A stretch of DNA of 64,000 nucleotides, from assembly GCA_002269645.1 (NCBI GenBank), contig NIVC01001357.1:1-64000 (forward strand), given 5' to 3'. The DNA is from Macrostomum lignano. Its lineage: Eukaryota. The position numbers were made by a program, and so were the translations under genes. Positions 1 through 15,633 of the stretch are shown piece after piece (within the stretch, counting starts at the first letter, position 1; every line of letters begins with the position of its first letter). Under the pieces are notes generated by a model. That model was not told the origin of the DNA and did no database searches. It saw only the letters and a program-made list of their open reading frames with translations.

Positions 1-560
1 TGTCTCTCCAAACCCCTTCCTGTCCTCCAAACCCTTCTGTCTCTCTAAACCCCTTCCTGTCTCAAACCCCTTCTGTCTCTCTCAAACCCTTCCTGTCTCT
101 CCAAACCCCTTCCTGTCTCTCCAAACCCTTCCTGTCTCTCCAAACCCCTTCCTGTCTCTCCAAACCCCTTCCTGTCTCTCCAAACCCCTTCCTGTCTCTC
201 CAAACCCTTCCTGTCTCTCCAAACCCCTCCCTGTCTCTCCAAACCCCTTCCTGTATCTCCAAACCCCTTACTGTCTCTCTCAACCCTTCCTGTCTCTCCA
301 AACCCCTTCCTGTCTCTCCAAACCCTTCCTGTCTCTCCAAACCCCTCCCTGTCTCTCCAAACCCCTTCCTGTATCTCCAAACCTTACTGTCTCTCTCAAC
401 CCTTCCTGTACTCCAACCCCTTCCTGTCTCTCCAAACCCTTCCTGTCTCTCCAAACCCCTTCCTGTCTCTCCAAACCCTTCCTGTCCTCTCCAAACTTCC
501 TGTCTTCTCAACCCCTTACTGTCTCTCCCAACCCCTTCCTGTCTCTCTCACCCTTCCTGT
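1..560. repeat. Minisatellite, ~20-bp unit (TGTCTCTCCAAACCCCTTCC); truncated by window edge
   Basis: Directly visible tandem units with small indels; inverted relative to the 940-1530 array. Confidence 0.95.
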
Positions 561-774
561 CTCTGTCAACCTCTTCCTGCCTGTCTCGTCCCTTTCCTTT
601 CTTTCACGTACCCCTTCTTCTCTGAGAAGCTGGGTCATTGCCCCCCCGAAGCTGAACCGCCACCAAATTTAAAAGCAAGATCTCAAAGAAGCACAATTGC
701 AAGTTAAATTAGTTCAGCTCTCAGAAGTTAATCTTGTCAATTTTAGTTCACGAATCAGTAAATTCATTCTCAAT

Positions 775-3700
775 TTAACTGACTTTCTTCGCCTCCTTCC
801 CAGAATTCGGGGTTCGACTCTCATACCACAGTGAGATCTGTACACAGCAATAGGACAAGGCCAGGACCACCTGCAGATGCCACCAAGGTCCTGCGAAAGT
901 GTATTTGTTTTGCTTACTTTTCATCTTCTTTGAGAGAGACAGGAATGGCTTGAGAGAAAGACAGGAAGGGGTTTGGAGAGACAGGAAGGGTTGAGAAACA
1001 GGAAGGGGTGAGAGACAGGAAGGGGTGAGAGACAGGAAGGGGTGAGAGACAGGAAGGGGTGAGAGACAGGAAGGGGTGAGAGACTGGAAAGGGTGAGATA
1101 GACAGGAAGGATGAAGGACAGGAAGGGGTTAGAGAGACAGGAAGGGGTGAGAGAGACGAGAAAGGGTGAGAGACAGGAAGGGGTGAGAGAGACAGGAAGG
1201 GGTTGGGAGAGACAAGAAGGAGTGAGAGAGACAGGAAGGGGTTGGGAGAGACAGGAAGGGGTGAGAGAGACAGGAAGGGGTTGGGAGAGACAGGAAGGGG
1301 TGAGAGAGACAGGAAGGGTTGGGAGAGACAGGAAGGGGTGAGAGAGACAGGAAGGGGTGAGAGAGACAGGAAGGGGTTGGGAGAGACAGGAAGGGGTGAG
1401 AGAGACAGGAAGGGGTTGGGAGAGACAGGAAGGGGTGAGAGAGACAGGAAGGGGTGAGAGAGACAGGAAGGGGTGAGAGAGACAGGAAGGGGTGAGAGAG
1501 ACAGGAAGGGGTTGGGAGAGACGGGAAGGGTTGACAGTGATATTAATGAATAAAAAGGCCAAATTACTATCGTGCGACATTCTTACTGTATAGAAAAAGA
1601 GGTTTAAAAATCTCCACCATGAGATGAACAGCCGGGTGCTTGCCGGTCAGGAAGACAAATATAAAGCAGGAAGTCAGGACCAAATTGCAGCCAATGACGT
1701 AAGCAACCAACCGCTGGTGATTGTTGGGGCTGAGGATCAAATTCTGAAATATTTGTGCAGGATTGTTGCGGGGAAAAGTTTTCAGGCTGAATGACATCAT
1801 AAACAGGGTGTTGTGTTAACTACTCTTCATTCAAACTCTGTTCTCGGACACACAAGAAGGTCAAAGTGAGTTCGAGATCACTCTGGACCAGTCACTCGGA
1901 GCTCACTCTGGGTCAGTCACTCGGAGATCACTCTGGGTCAGTCACTCGGAGCTCACTCTGGGTCAGTCACTCGGAGGTCACTCTGGGTCAGTCACTCGGA
2001 GCTCACTTTGGGTCAGTCACTCGGAGCTCACTCTGGGTCAGTCACTCGGAGCTCACTTTGGGTCAGTCACTCGGAGCTCACTCTGGGTCAGTCACTCGGA
2101 GCTCACTCTGGGTCAGTCACTCGGAGCTCACTCTGGGTCAGTCACTCGGAGCTCACTCTGGGTCAGTCACTCGGAGCTCACTCTAGATCAGTCACTCGGA
2201 GCTCACTCTGAGGTCAGTCACTTAGAGCTCACTCTAGATCAGTCACTCGGAGCTCACTCTGGGTCAGTCACCCGGAGCTCACTCTGGGTCAGTCACTCGG
2301 AGCTCACTCTGGATCAGTCACTCGGAGCTCACTCTGGTTCAGTCACTCGGAGCTCACTCTGGGTCAGTCACTCGGAGATCACTCTGGGTCAGTCACTCGG
2401 AGCTCACTCTGAGGTCAGTCACTTAGAGCTCACTCTGGGTCAGTCACTCGGAGATCACTCTGGGTCAGTCACTCGGAGCTCACTCTAGATCAGTCACTCA
2501 GAGCTCACTCTGGGTCAGTCAATCGGAGCTCACTCTGGGGTCAGTCACTCGGAGATCACTCTGGGTCAGTCACTCGGAGCTCACTCTGGGTCAGTCACTC
2601 GGAGCTCACTCTGGTCAGTCACTCGGAGCTCACTCTGGTCAGTCACTCGGAGATCACTCTGGGTCAGTCACTCGGAGCTCACTCTGGGTCAGTCACTCGG
2701 AGATCACTTTGGGTCAGTCACTCGGAGCTCACTCTGGGTCAGTCACTCGGAGCTCACTCTGGGTCAGTCACTCGGAGCTCACTCTGGGTCAGTCACTCGG
2801 AGGTCACTCTGGTTCAGTCACTCAGAGCTCACTCTAGATCAGTCACTCAGAGCTCACTCTGGGTCAGTCACTCGGAGGTCACTCTGGGTCAGTCACTCGG
2901 AGCTCACTCTAGATCAGTCACTCAGAGCTCACTCTGGGTCAGTCACTCGGAGCTCACTCTGGGGTCAGTCACTCGGAGCTCACTCTGGGTCAGTCACTCA
3001 GAGCTCACTCTAGATCAGTCACTCGGAGCTCACTCTGGGTCAGTCACTCGGAGCTCACTCTAGATCAGTCACTCGGAGCTCACTCTGGGTCAGTCACTCG
3101 GAGATCACTCTGGGTCAGTCACTCGGAGCTCACTCTGGATCAGTCACTCGGAGCTCACTTTGGGTCAGTCACTCGGAGCTCACTCTGGGTCAGTCACTCG
3201 GAGCTCACTCTGGGTCAGTCACTCGGAGCTCACTCTGGGTCAGTCACTCGGAGCTCACTCTGGGTCAGTCACTCGGAGATCACTCTGGTCAGTCACTCGG
3301 AGCTCACTCTGGGTCAGTCACTCGGAGATCACTTTGGGTCAGTCACTCGGAGCTCACTCTGGTCAGTCACTCGGAGCTCACTCTGGGTCAGTCACTCGGA
3401 GCTCACTCTGGGTCAGTCACTCGGAGCTCACTCTGGGTCAGTCACTCGGAGCTCACTCTGGGTCAGTCACTCGGAGCTCACTCTGGGTCAGTCACTCGGA
3501 GCTCACTCTGGGTCAGTCACTCGGAGCTCACTCTAGATCAGTCACTCGGAGCTCACTCTGAGGTCAGTCACTTAGAGCTCACTCTAGATCAGTCACTCGG
3601 AGCTCACTCTGGGTCAGTCACCCGGAGCTCACTCTGGGTCAGTCACTCGGAGCTCACTCTGGATCAGTCACTCGGAGCTCACTCTGGTTCAGTCACTCGG

Positions 3701-6700
3701 AGCTCACTCTGGGTCAGTCACTCGGAGCTCACTCTGGGTCAGTCACTCAGAGCTCACTCTAGATCAGTCACTCGGAGCTCACTCTGGGTCAGTCACTCGG
3801 AGCTCACTCTGGGTCAGTCACTCAGAGCTCACTCTAGATCAGTCACTCGGAGCTCACTCTGGTCAGTCACTCGGAGCTCACTCTGGGTCAGTCACTCTGA
3901 TCCCCGGACTCACCAGCCACGTCTTCAACTTCCTCTCATAGAAAGCGCAGGCCAGGGTCTCCAGAAGCAGCTGCAGTGCGTTCAGCGCAGCCCAGATGCG
4001 GACGCTGGTTGAGTCGCATGGTAGATGGAGACAAAGGCGAAGCTGGCAGCCACAGCAGCTACCTGTCTCACAATGCCGTGCCGACTGCCTCCCATGGGGA
4101 TGTAGATGTGGCTGTACATGAAGGAGGCCAGCCCCCTGTCGAACACGCGCCACATCTGCCTGTAAGTATAGACCCGGCTGATGCAGTCGGGCCAGTGCGG
4201 CAGCTCGACTCCGTCAATGCTGGACACGAGACCCGGCCAGCCGTACAGCTGCACGTAGACCAGCATGAAGTTCTGGCCATGCAGGTACATTGAAAACACG
4301 AGCCGCTTGTAGGGCACGGACTCGTAAGACCGAATGCTCTCCAGAAATGCTCCAACAGGTAGGAAATGATGCAGCACCTGAAGCAGCAGCATCCACACCA
4401 ACAGGCGAGTCGCTCGCCACGCCAGCAGCAGCAGCAGGTTCGGCTTCCACACCAGCCTGTCGGGTCTCTCAGCCTCCCGACAGAAGTCAGCAAAGGTGAG
4501 GATCGGGCCGGAAAAGTGCCAGGGCAGGTAAAATCCGTAAGCCAAAGCTCGGGAAGGTGCAGTCTAAGGAACTGGAGCAGGCTCAGCTGCTGTGCCTCAT
4601 CTGCAGGTTGGCGTCTCTGGTCCCGCAGCATTTGGTTGAGGCTGAGTCCAGCGGAGATGCAGCGGCAGTACAGGTAGCCAGAGATTGGGTAGAACAGGTG
4701 AGAGTAATCACCTTCGAGATCCAGGACTTGAAAGAGCGCGCTGCTGTAATCCGAGTTTTGCAGCATCATTGCCGACAGAATAAACAGCCAGACACCGAAC
4801 TGGGAGAAATATCCCATGCAGACAGCACCGCAGTGCAACACCAGAAAGTACATCGCTGTTCTGTAACCAAGGATAGCCGCTGTCACAGCCAAGGTGAAGC
4901 TTGTAGTAGCCAGGTAGTGCACCTGATGAGGAATGGGGAACTTGACAGGTTCTCAGCTGCTCTTGCAGGATATGGCATTTCGGTTGAGCACTCTGTCACT
5001 GTCACTCCTATCCTAACTGATCACTCTGTCTCTGTCACTCCTCTCCTGACTGATCACTCTGTCACTGTCACTGCTCTCCTGACTGATCACTCTGTCACTG
5101 TCACTCCTACCCTGACTGATCAATCTGCCACTGTCACTCCTATCCTGACTGATCACTCTGCCACTGTCACTCCTACCCTGACTGATCACTCTGCCACTGT
5201 CACTCCTTCCTGACTGATCACTCCGTCTCTGTCAATCTTCTCCTGACTGATCACTCTGTCACTGTCACTCCTCTCGTGACTGATTAGTCTGTCACTGTCA
5301 CTCTTCTCCTGACTGATCACTCTGTCACTGTCACTCTTCTCCTGACTGATCACTCTGTCACTGTCTGTCACTCCTATTCTGACTGATCACTCTGCCACTG
5401 TCACTCCTTCCTGACTGATCACTCCGTCTCTGTCACTCCTTCCTGACTGATCACTCTGTCACTGTCACTCCTCTCGTGACTGATCACTGTCACTGTCACT
5501 CTTCTCCTGACTGATCACTCTGTCACTGTCAATTTTCTCGTGACTGATCACTCTGCCACTGTCACTCTTCTCCTGACTGATCACTCTGTCACTGTCACTT
5601 CTCTCTGACTGATCACTCTGCCACTGTCACTCCTATCCTGACTAATCACTCTGTCACTGTCACTCCTCTTCTGACTGATCACTCTGCCACAGTCACTCCT
5701 TTTTTGACTGATCACTCTGTCACAGTCACTCCTCCTCTGACTGATCACTCTGTCACTGTCACTCCTCCTCCTGACTGATCACTTTGTCACTGTCACTCCT
5801 CCTCCTGACTGATCACTTTGTCACTGTCACTCCGCTCTGACTGTTCACTCTGTCACTGTCACTCCTTCCTGACCGATCACTCCATCTCTGTCACTCCTAT
5901 CCTGACTAATCACTGTCACTCCTATCATGACTGATCACTCTGCCACTGTCACTCCTATCCTGGCTGATGACTCTGTCACTGTCACTCCTATCGTGACTGA
6001 TCACTCTGTCACTGTCACTCTCTCGTGACTGATCACTCTGCCACAGTCACTCCTCTTCTGACTGATCACTCTGCCACTGTCACTCCTCCTCTGACTGATC
6101 ACTCTCTCTCCAGGGGTTGAGCGACATGAAACTTTAAGCAAGACAGGCCAGAGCGTACAGTTCGGCTCGTGCACCGCAGCGTGATCAGGCTGACCATCAG
6201 AAAGCCGACAGAAATAGCAGCAATGCTCTTATACTGGCTGAGCATTTCGATCTCCATGAAATCGGCCGGAATCTCCTGAGAATGTGTCAGTTTTTACTTA
6301 TGATCAATACAACGAATTTATGACAGTTCGGAATGGGCATGTCGTGAATGTACTTTACCATGTAGTCGGAAAGCCACCCGTCAGTCATGTGCCGCAATGG
6401 AGGTGCTGAAAGTTTTGTAGTTTAATAACGTTTTACTATTTCCCGATACAAGGACTTGTCCTGTGGATTGGCTCTATTGTCTATGGCCGAGAGCAGTGCC
6501 TGGCTGCACAAAACATGCCGGGGGGGGTTGTCGTGCGATTTACAACCTATGAGGGCCAACCCCCCAAGGCACGGAGAGTGTACATGCCTGGTGGTTAGAA
6601 AGTCAGGGCTGCTGTACACCCTGTGTGAGCGTGTGCATGAGTGCGTGCCCGAGTACAGTATTGTGCTCAGGAGTCAGCGGAATGGGCAGATTGTGGGACG

Positions 6701-6962
6701 GGCGTCGCCTCCTGCAGTCATTATTGTTATTAGTCTATGGCCAAAACCTCTTTCTGACGCATCTGTGAGGCTCACCGTTTGGTTTCGCAGTCCGGCCAAA
6801 CTCTCGGTACATATCGGCGCCAGCGAAGGCAAAAGCAGCGAAAAAAATCAGACCGTAGCCGGCCACCTCGACACCTCCAGCGCTGCGGCAGATTTCGCCA
6901 GTTGTTGAACAACCCGACCGCTTCTTGTTCACCTTGCGCGGTGGCTCACTAGCGGGACTCAT
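775..6962 (-). CDS. HHAT: MBOAT-family protein-cysteine N-palmitoyltransferase (HHAT/Rasp-like), 6 exons, ~544 aa once two 1-nt frameshifts are corrected
   Basis: Exons (minus strand) 6962-6776, 6405-6359, 6275-6159, 4922-3914, 1743-1587, 890-775, all GT-AG with matching phases. Motifs include YGFYLPWHFSGPIL, WRVFDRGLASFMYSHIYIPMGG, the MBOAT catalytic His in FAFVSIYH(G), IWAALN, and a C-terminal PWWHLQVVLALSYCCVQI. Exon 4 is 1009 nt and needs +2 nt to keep phase 0-0. Confidence 0.85.
940..1530. repeat. Minisatellite (GAGAGACAGGAAGGGGT variants, 17-22 bp) in the last HHAT intron
   Basis: Tandem units; the reverse complement matches the 1-560 array. Confidence 0.95.
1866..3900. repeat. Intronic minisatellite, 25-bp unit GGGTCAGTCACTCGGAGCTCACTCT, ~80 copies
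   Basis: Directly visible; a variant block at ~2211-2345 recurs at ~3561-3695 (higher-order duplication). Confidence 0.97.
4985..6108. repeat. Intronic minisatellite, ~33-bp unit CTGACTGATCACTCTGTCACTGTCACTCCTCTC
   Basis: Directly visible diverged tandem units filling HHAT intron 3. Confidence 0.95.
6575..6705 (+). repeat. Dispersed ~130-bp repeat (copy 1) in HHAT intron 1
   Basis: Aligns by eye (roughly 80%) to 35623-35775: GTGTACATGCCTG...AGAAAGTCAGGGC.GCTGTACACCCTGTGTGAGCGTGTG.ATGAGTGCG...GTACAGTATTG. Confidence 0.8.
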
Positions 6963-7489
6963 GGTGTGTTTTTTTCAATTAAGAATTCCAACCACAAGCA
7001 ATCTTGCACCCTTGTGCTAGTGTCTACTTATATCCCATTGTGAAAGCAATTAAGTTTTACAATATTTTCTTTAATTATGCTCTGTTTTAGTACCGGAAAT
7101 CTGACATGTAGTTACAAGACAATATAATATCTGATCGGTTGACATCGTTAATGCTTTTACGAGCGCTAAATTATTGGTAATTCGTTTTTCTTCAGCTCCG
7201 TTTTTTATGTTCATCCTGGCCTGATTTTGTCCCAGCAATTTTGTGGTCAAAATTCTCGATTCGAATTTACTACTAACAGTAAAATGTATTTGTGGGTTTG
7301 AAGAATAAATGAAAAGTGAAAAATTATATAGTATTTCTACAAGTGTTCTGCGCATTGAATTAACCTATTGAGATTAAAGTGTGTGGTTGCGTATTATATT
7401 GAGAAAGCGATGATTCTGGATGCAAAATGATGGGAGTGCCATCTGAACCATACTCGTAGTGCAAATGAGAGCAGGTAGGTAATGAGAGG

Positions 7490-8210
7490 AAAATATTGAG
7501 AGAGGGAGAGAGAGAGAGAAGAGAGAAGGGAAAGAGATGATGAGAGAGATGGAATGGAAAGAGATTGGAGGCAGAGAGGTGAGAGGGAGAGAGATGGAAG
7601 GGAGAGAGGTGAGAGGGAGAGAGATGGAAGGGAGAGAGGTGAGAGGGAGAGATGGGGGGAAGAGAGGTGAAAGGGAGAGAGATGGAAGGGAGAGAGGTGA
7701 GAGGAAAAGAGTTGGGAGGATGAGAAGTGGGAGGGAGAGGTGAGAGGGAGAGGAAGGGAGTTGGGAGGGAGAGAGGTGGGATGGAGGTGGGAGGGAGAGG
7801 AGAGAGTTGGGAGGATGAGATGTGGGAGGGAAAAGAGGAAGAGAGGTGGGTGGGAGAGAGAGGTGAGAGGCAGAGGTGAGAGGCAGAGGTGGGAGGCAGA
7901 GGTGGGAGGCAGAGGTGAGAGGCAGAGGTGAGAGGCAGAGGTGAGAGGCAGAGGTGGGAGGCAGAGGTGGGAGGCAGAGGTGGGAGGCAGAGGTGGGAGG
8001 CAGAGGTGGGAGGCAGAGGTGGGAGGCAGAGGTGGGAGGCAGAGGTGAGAGGCAGAGGTGAGAGGCAGAGGTGGGAGGCAGAGGTGGGAGGCAGAGGTGG
8101 GAGGCAGAGGTGGGAGGCAGAGGTGGGAGGCAGAGGTGGGAGGCAGAGGTGGGAGGCAGAGGTGGGAGGCAGAGGTGGGAGGCAGAGGTGGGAGGCAGAG
8201 GTGGGAGGGA
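7490..8210. repeat. GA-rich low-complexity tract grading into a 13-bp minisatellite (GGCAGAGGTGGGA)
   Basis: Directly visible. Confidence 0.9.
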
Positions 8211-8254
8211 ACCAACAGTTGGAACTGAGAGTCCCTGGCCAGCACAGACGCAGT

Positions 8255-11784
<3,530 letters not shown>

Positions 11785-12224
11785 GGTTATTGATTCTGAA
11801 ATTATAAGCTATCCAGACAGACTAAGCTGCGAAGCGTGCATTTATAAGCGACGCGTGGATTAGCCATGGCGATTGACATGATCGACCAATGCCAGCTGAG
11901 GAGAGGAGAGCCAAGCCGCCATAGGGGATTCTCCCCCCGCCCCAAGAAAAAGGAGAGGCTCAAACAGAAGCGCGCCGGCGCTTTCTCAGCCGCCAATTTT
12001 CGGGCAAAGTTGAGACTAACTGCGGCCCTGCTGCTGATTGCACGCGGATCACCATTGCTAGAATTGATTATCATGGCTGGATATAATCCGATGCCAATCG
12101 GATATGGTCTAAATATAGCTTGCACTTCCTGATCAACGAGTGCTGGTCGACTGGGCGGCAACTTCTTCTTTTGCATGCACGATGCAGACTTCGATTCGAG
12201 CGAGTGTGCGAATGGATTTCAGTT

Positions 12225-13980
12225 ACAGTTCCAGCAGCTTCCACTCAGTCACTTAACTTCCAGCAGCTTCCACTCAGTCACTTAACTTCCAGCAGCTTCC
12301 ACTCAGTCACTTAACTTCCAGCAGCTTCCACTCAGTCATTCAACTTCCTGTAGCTTCCACTCAGTCACCTAACTTCCTTTAATCGTAGCTTCCACTCAGT
12401 CACTTAACTTCCAGCAGCTTCCACTCAGTCACTTAACTTCCAGCAGCTTCCCCTCAGTCACTTAACTTCCAGCAGCTTCCACTCAGTCATTCAACTTCCT
12501 GTAGCTTCCACTCAGTCACCTAACTTCCTTTAATCGTAGCTTCCACTCAGTCACTTAACTTCCTGTAGCTTCCACTCAGTCACCTAACTTCCTTTAATCG
12601 TAGCTTCCACTCAGTCACTTAACTTCCAGCAGCTTCCACTCAGTCACTTAACTTCCAGCAGCTTCCCCTCAGTCACTTAACTTCCAGCAGCTTCCACTCA
12701 GTCATTCAACTTCCTGTAGCTTCCACTCAGTCACCTAGCTTCCTTTAATCGTAGCTTCCACTCAGTCACTTAACTTCCTGTAGCTTCCACTCAGTCACCT
12801 AACTTCCTTTAATCGTAGCTTCCACTCAGTCACTTAACTTCCAGCAGCTTCCACTCAGTCACTTAACTTCCAGCAGCTTCCCCTCAGTCACTTAACTTCC
12901 AGCAGCTTCCACTCAGTCATTCAACTTCCTGTAGCTTCCACTCAGTCACCTAACTTCCTTTAATCGTAGCTTCCACTCAGTCACTTAACTTCCTGTAGCT
13001 TCCACTCAGTCACCTAGCTTCCTTTAATCGTAGCTTCCACTCAGTCACTTAACTTCCTGTAGCTTCCACTCAGTCACCTAACTTCCTTTAATCGTAGCTT
13101 CCACTCAGTCACTTAACTTCCAGCAGCTTCCACTCAGTCACTTAACTTCCAGCAGCTTCCCCTCAGTCACTTAACTTCCAGCAGCTTCCACTCAGTCATT
13201 CAACTTCCTGTAGCTTCCACTCAGTCACCTAACTTCCTTTAATCGTAGCTTCCACTCAGTCACTTAACTTCCTGTAGCTTCCACTCAGTCACCTAGCTTC
13301 CTTTAATCGTAGCTTCCACTCAGTCACTTAACTTCCTGTAGCTTCCACTCAGTCACCTAACTTCCTTTAATCGTAGCTTCCACTCAGTCACTTAACTTCC
13401 TGTAGCTTCCACTCAGTCACCTAACTTCGTTTAATCGTAGCTTCCACTCAGTCACTTAACTTCCTGTAGCTTCCACTCAGTCACCTAACTTCCTTTAATC
13501 GTAGCTTCCACTCAGTCACTTAACTTCCTGTAGCTTCCACTCAGTCACCTAACTTCCTTTAATCGTAGCTTCCACTCAGTCACTTAACTTCCTGTAGCTT
13601 CCACTCAGTCACCTAACTTCGTTTAATCGTAGCTTCCACTCAGTCACTTAACTTCCTGTAGCTTCCACTCAGTCACCTAACTTCCTTTAATCGTAGCTTC
13701 CACTCAGTCACTTAACTTCCTGTAGCTTCCACTCAGTCACCTAACTTCCTTTAATCGTAGCTTCCACTCAGTCACTTAACTTCCTGTAGCTTCCACTCAG
13801 TCACCTAACTTCCTTTAATCGTAGCTTCCACTCAGTCACTTAACTTCGTGTAGCTTCCACTCAGTCACCTAACTTCCTTTAATCGTAGCTTCCACTCAGT
13901 CACCTAGCTGACTTTAGCTTTAACTCAGTCACTTAACTTCCAGCAGCTTCCACTCAGTCACTTAACTTTCAGCAGCTTCC
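12225..13980. repeat. Composite minisatellite of 29-bp (TTAACTTCCAGCAGCTTCCACTCAGTCAC) and 35-bp (CTAACTTCCTTTAATCGTAGCTTCCACTCAGTCAC) units
   Basis: Directly visible, with higher-order alternation of the two unit types. Confidence 0.97.
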
Positions 13981-15633
13981 ACCAGAAGATTCAGTTCTAA
14001 GTACATTCCCATGTACCCCTGAATGGCAAACAGATAATGATGACTTAAGCCTAAAAGTAATTTCTAAGGCGCAACCTTAGGTAGCTATGATGAAGATCAA
14101 TAATCGGATCGTGAGTCTGCATGAATGCACGAGCAAAATTGCACCCAATTAACTTTATAAACAACTCTATAGGCATGCACAGGCAAGGTTAGGATGTACT
14201 TGGGTCCCTATTCTCCCCTCATCTCTCCTGCAAGCAGTCTAATTGCACGCGTAAATTTGTTCTCCCTCACCTGGCAGTCAAGCCTTCGGAACATCGATTT
14301 CTTCTCACACTTCAACTCATTTCTATATATAAGTCGGCTTATTGATTTTGGCTAATACAGACTTTGCTTTGCTGGGCCCGGGTCGAGAGCAACCAACCAG
14401 CCAAAACTACGGGAGCCCCATTAGCTTAATTTATCTCCGTGTATGCAGCGCAGTGCGTATTAAAAAATTACACCGAAAAGAAATAACAAAAATACTGAAG
14501 GCAAAAACTTTTCTGTGTTTCAGTCAGGCAAACTCACTTAAAAAATCAAATTTATTTTTTTTGCCTGTGAAATACTCCAATAAAAGACATTAGAACGCAA
14601 CAGACTACTTAAAGAGTAGAAATAAATGAACATGGAGACATAAAAATAATGGTTTCACTTGGCAAGTAAAATCATGCTAGTTACAACTACAAGGTAAGAA
14701 ACTAATTCTAGAAGTGTTTGACTGAATTACTTTAAATTTAAATTTGCATGTCACTTAGACTGCCTACATGTACAACTCACTCAACCATTTATATTTGCAA
14801 GCAATAAATGGGTTGATGGACAGTTAAAGACACATCTATCAATTATTACTCATGCACAAAAACTGTAAAATATACATATCTATGCAACATAAACTACTTT
14901 CAGCAATATAGACAATTTCTAATTAATACTTTGAGGAAAAATATGGCACCTGCTGAAAAATGTTTTTCATTAACAGTTACCAATATGTTAATATGCTTGT
15001 ATATTGCAAATTAATTATAGGCAAAGTATATAAGACTTGATCCAGCACAGTTTGTTAGCACACTGAAATGGAAATAGACAAGTGATGGCATTAAAGACTT
15101 AGATTTTTAATGCACTTTGAAACACTCAATATAATCCTAAATAATCATAATCATTAATTCACTTGTTTAGCATCCTGAATTCTGAATCTCAAAGTGCACT
15201 TTAACCAATTTTGTTATAAAGCTAGCAAAAGACATAACATAATTGCCCATATATTTGCAGCCTTTAAAAGTATACTGATATACAAAACATAGCATTCTTA
15301 TTGACTGAAAATGTGACTTAGTACTATAATAATATATACTATATATAAAATATTTTAATAACTTATTATAGTATATGCTATGCCACCTTCCTGACTATAC
15401 TATAGGCATGGCCCAAGTAGAAGTGCTAATTTATTCCCAAATTAATATGGCTACACTTTGAATCAAGTCTAGGCCACTAATATATTTAGATTTAGTCAAC
15501 AAAATTATTAAATTATATTAAATACAAATCTTGCATTTTATTAACTCTGCTTTGCTTCAGTTCAACCAGCTATAAAATGGGTATTTGAATTAGCTATGAT
15601 GATTGAAGGTATATATAATGACTTTATTGTAGC

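Noticed and set aside
4557-5213. 218-aa plus-strand ORF, and other antisense ORFs over cux and KNDC1 exons
   Set aside because: Antisense shadows of GC-rich exons running into minisatellites; no independent motifs.
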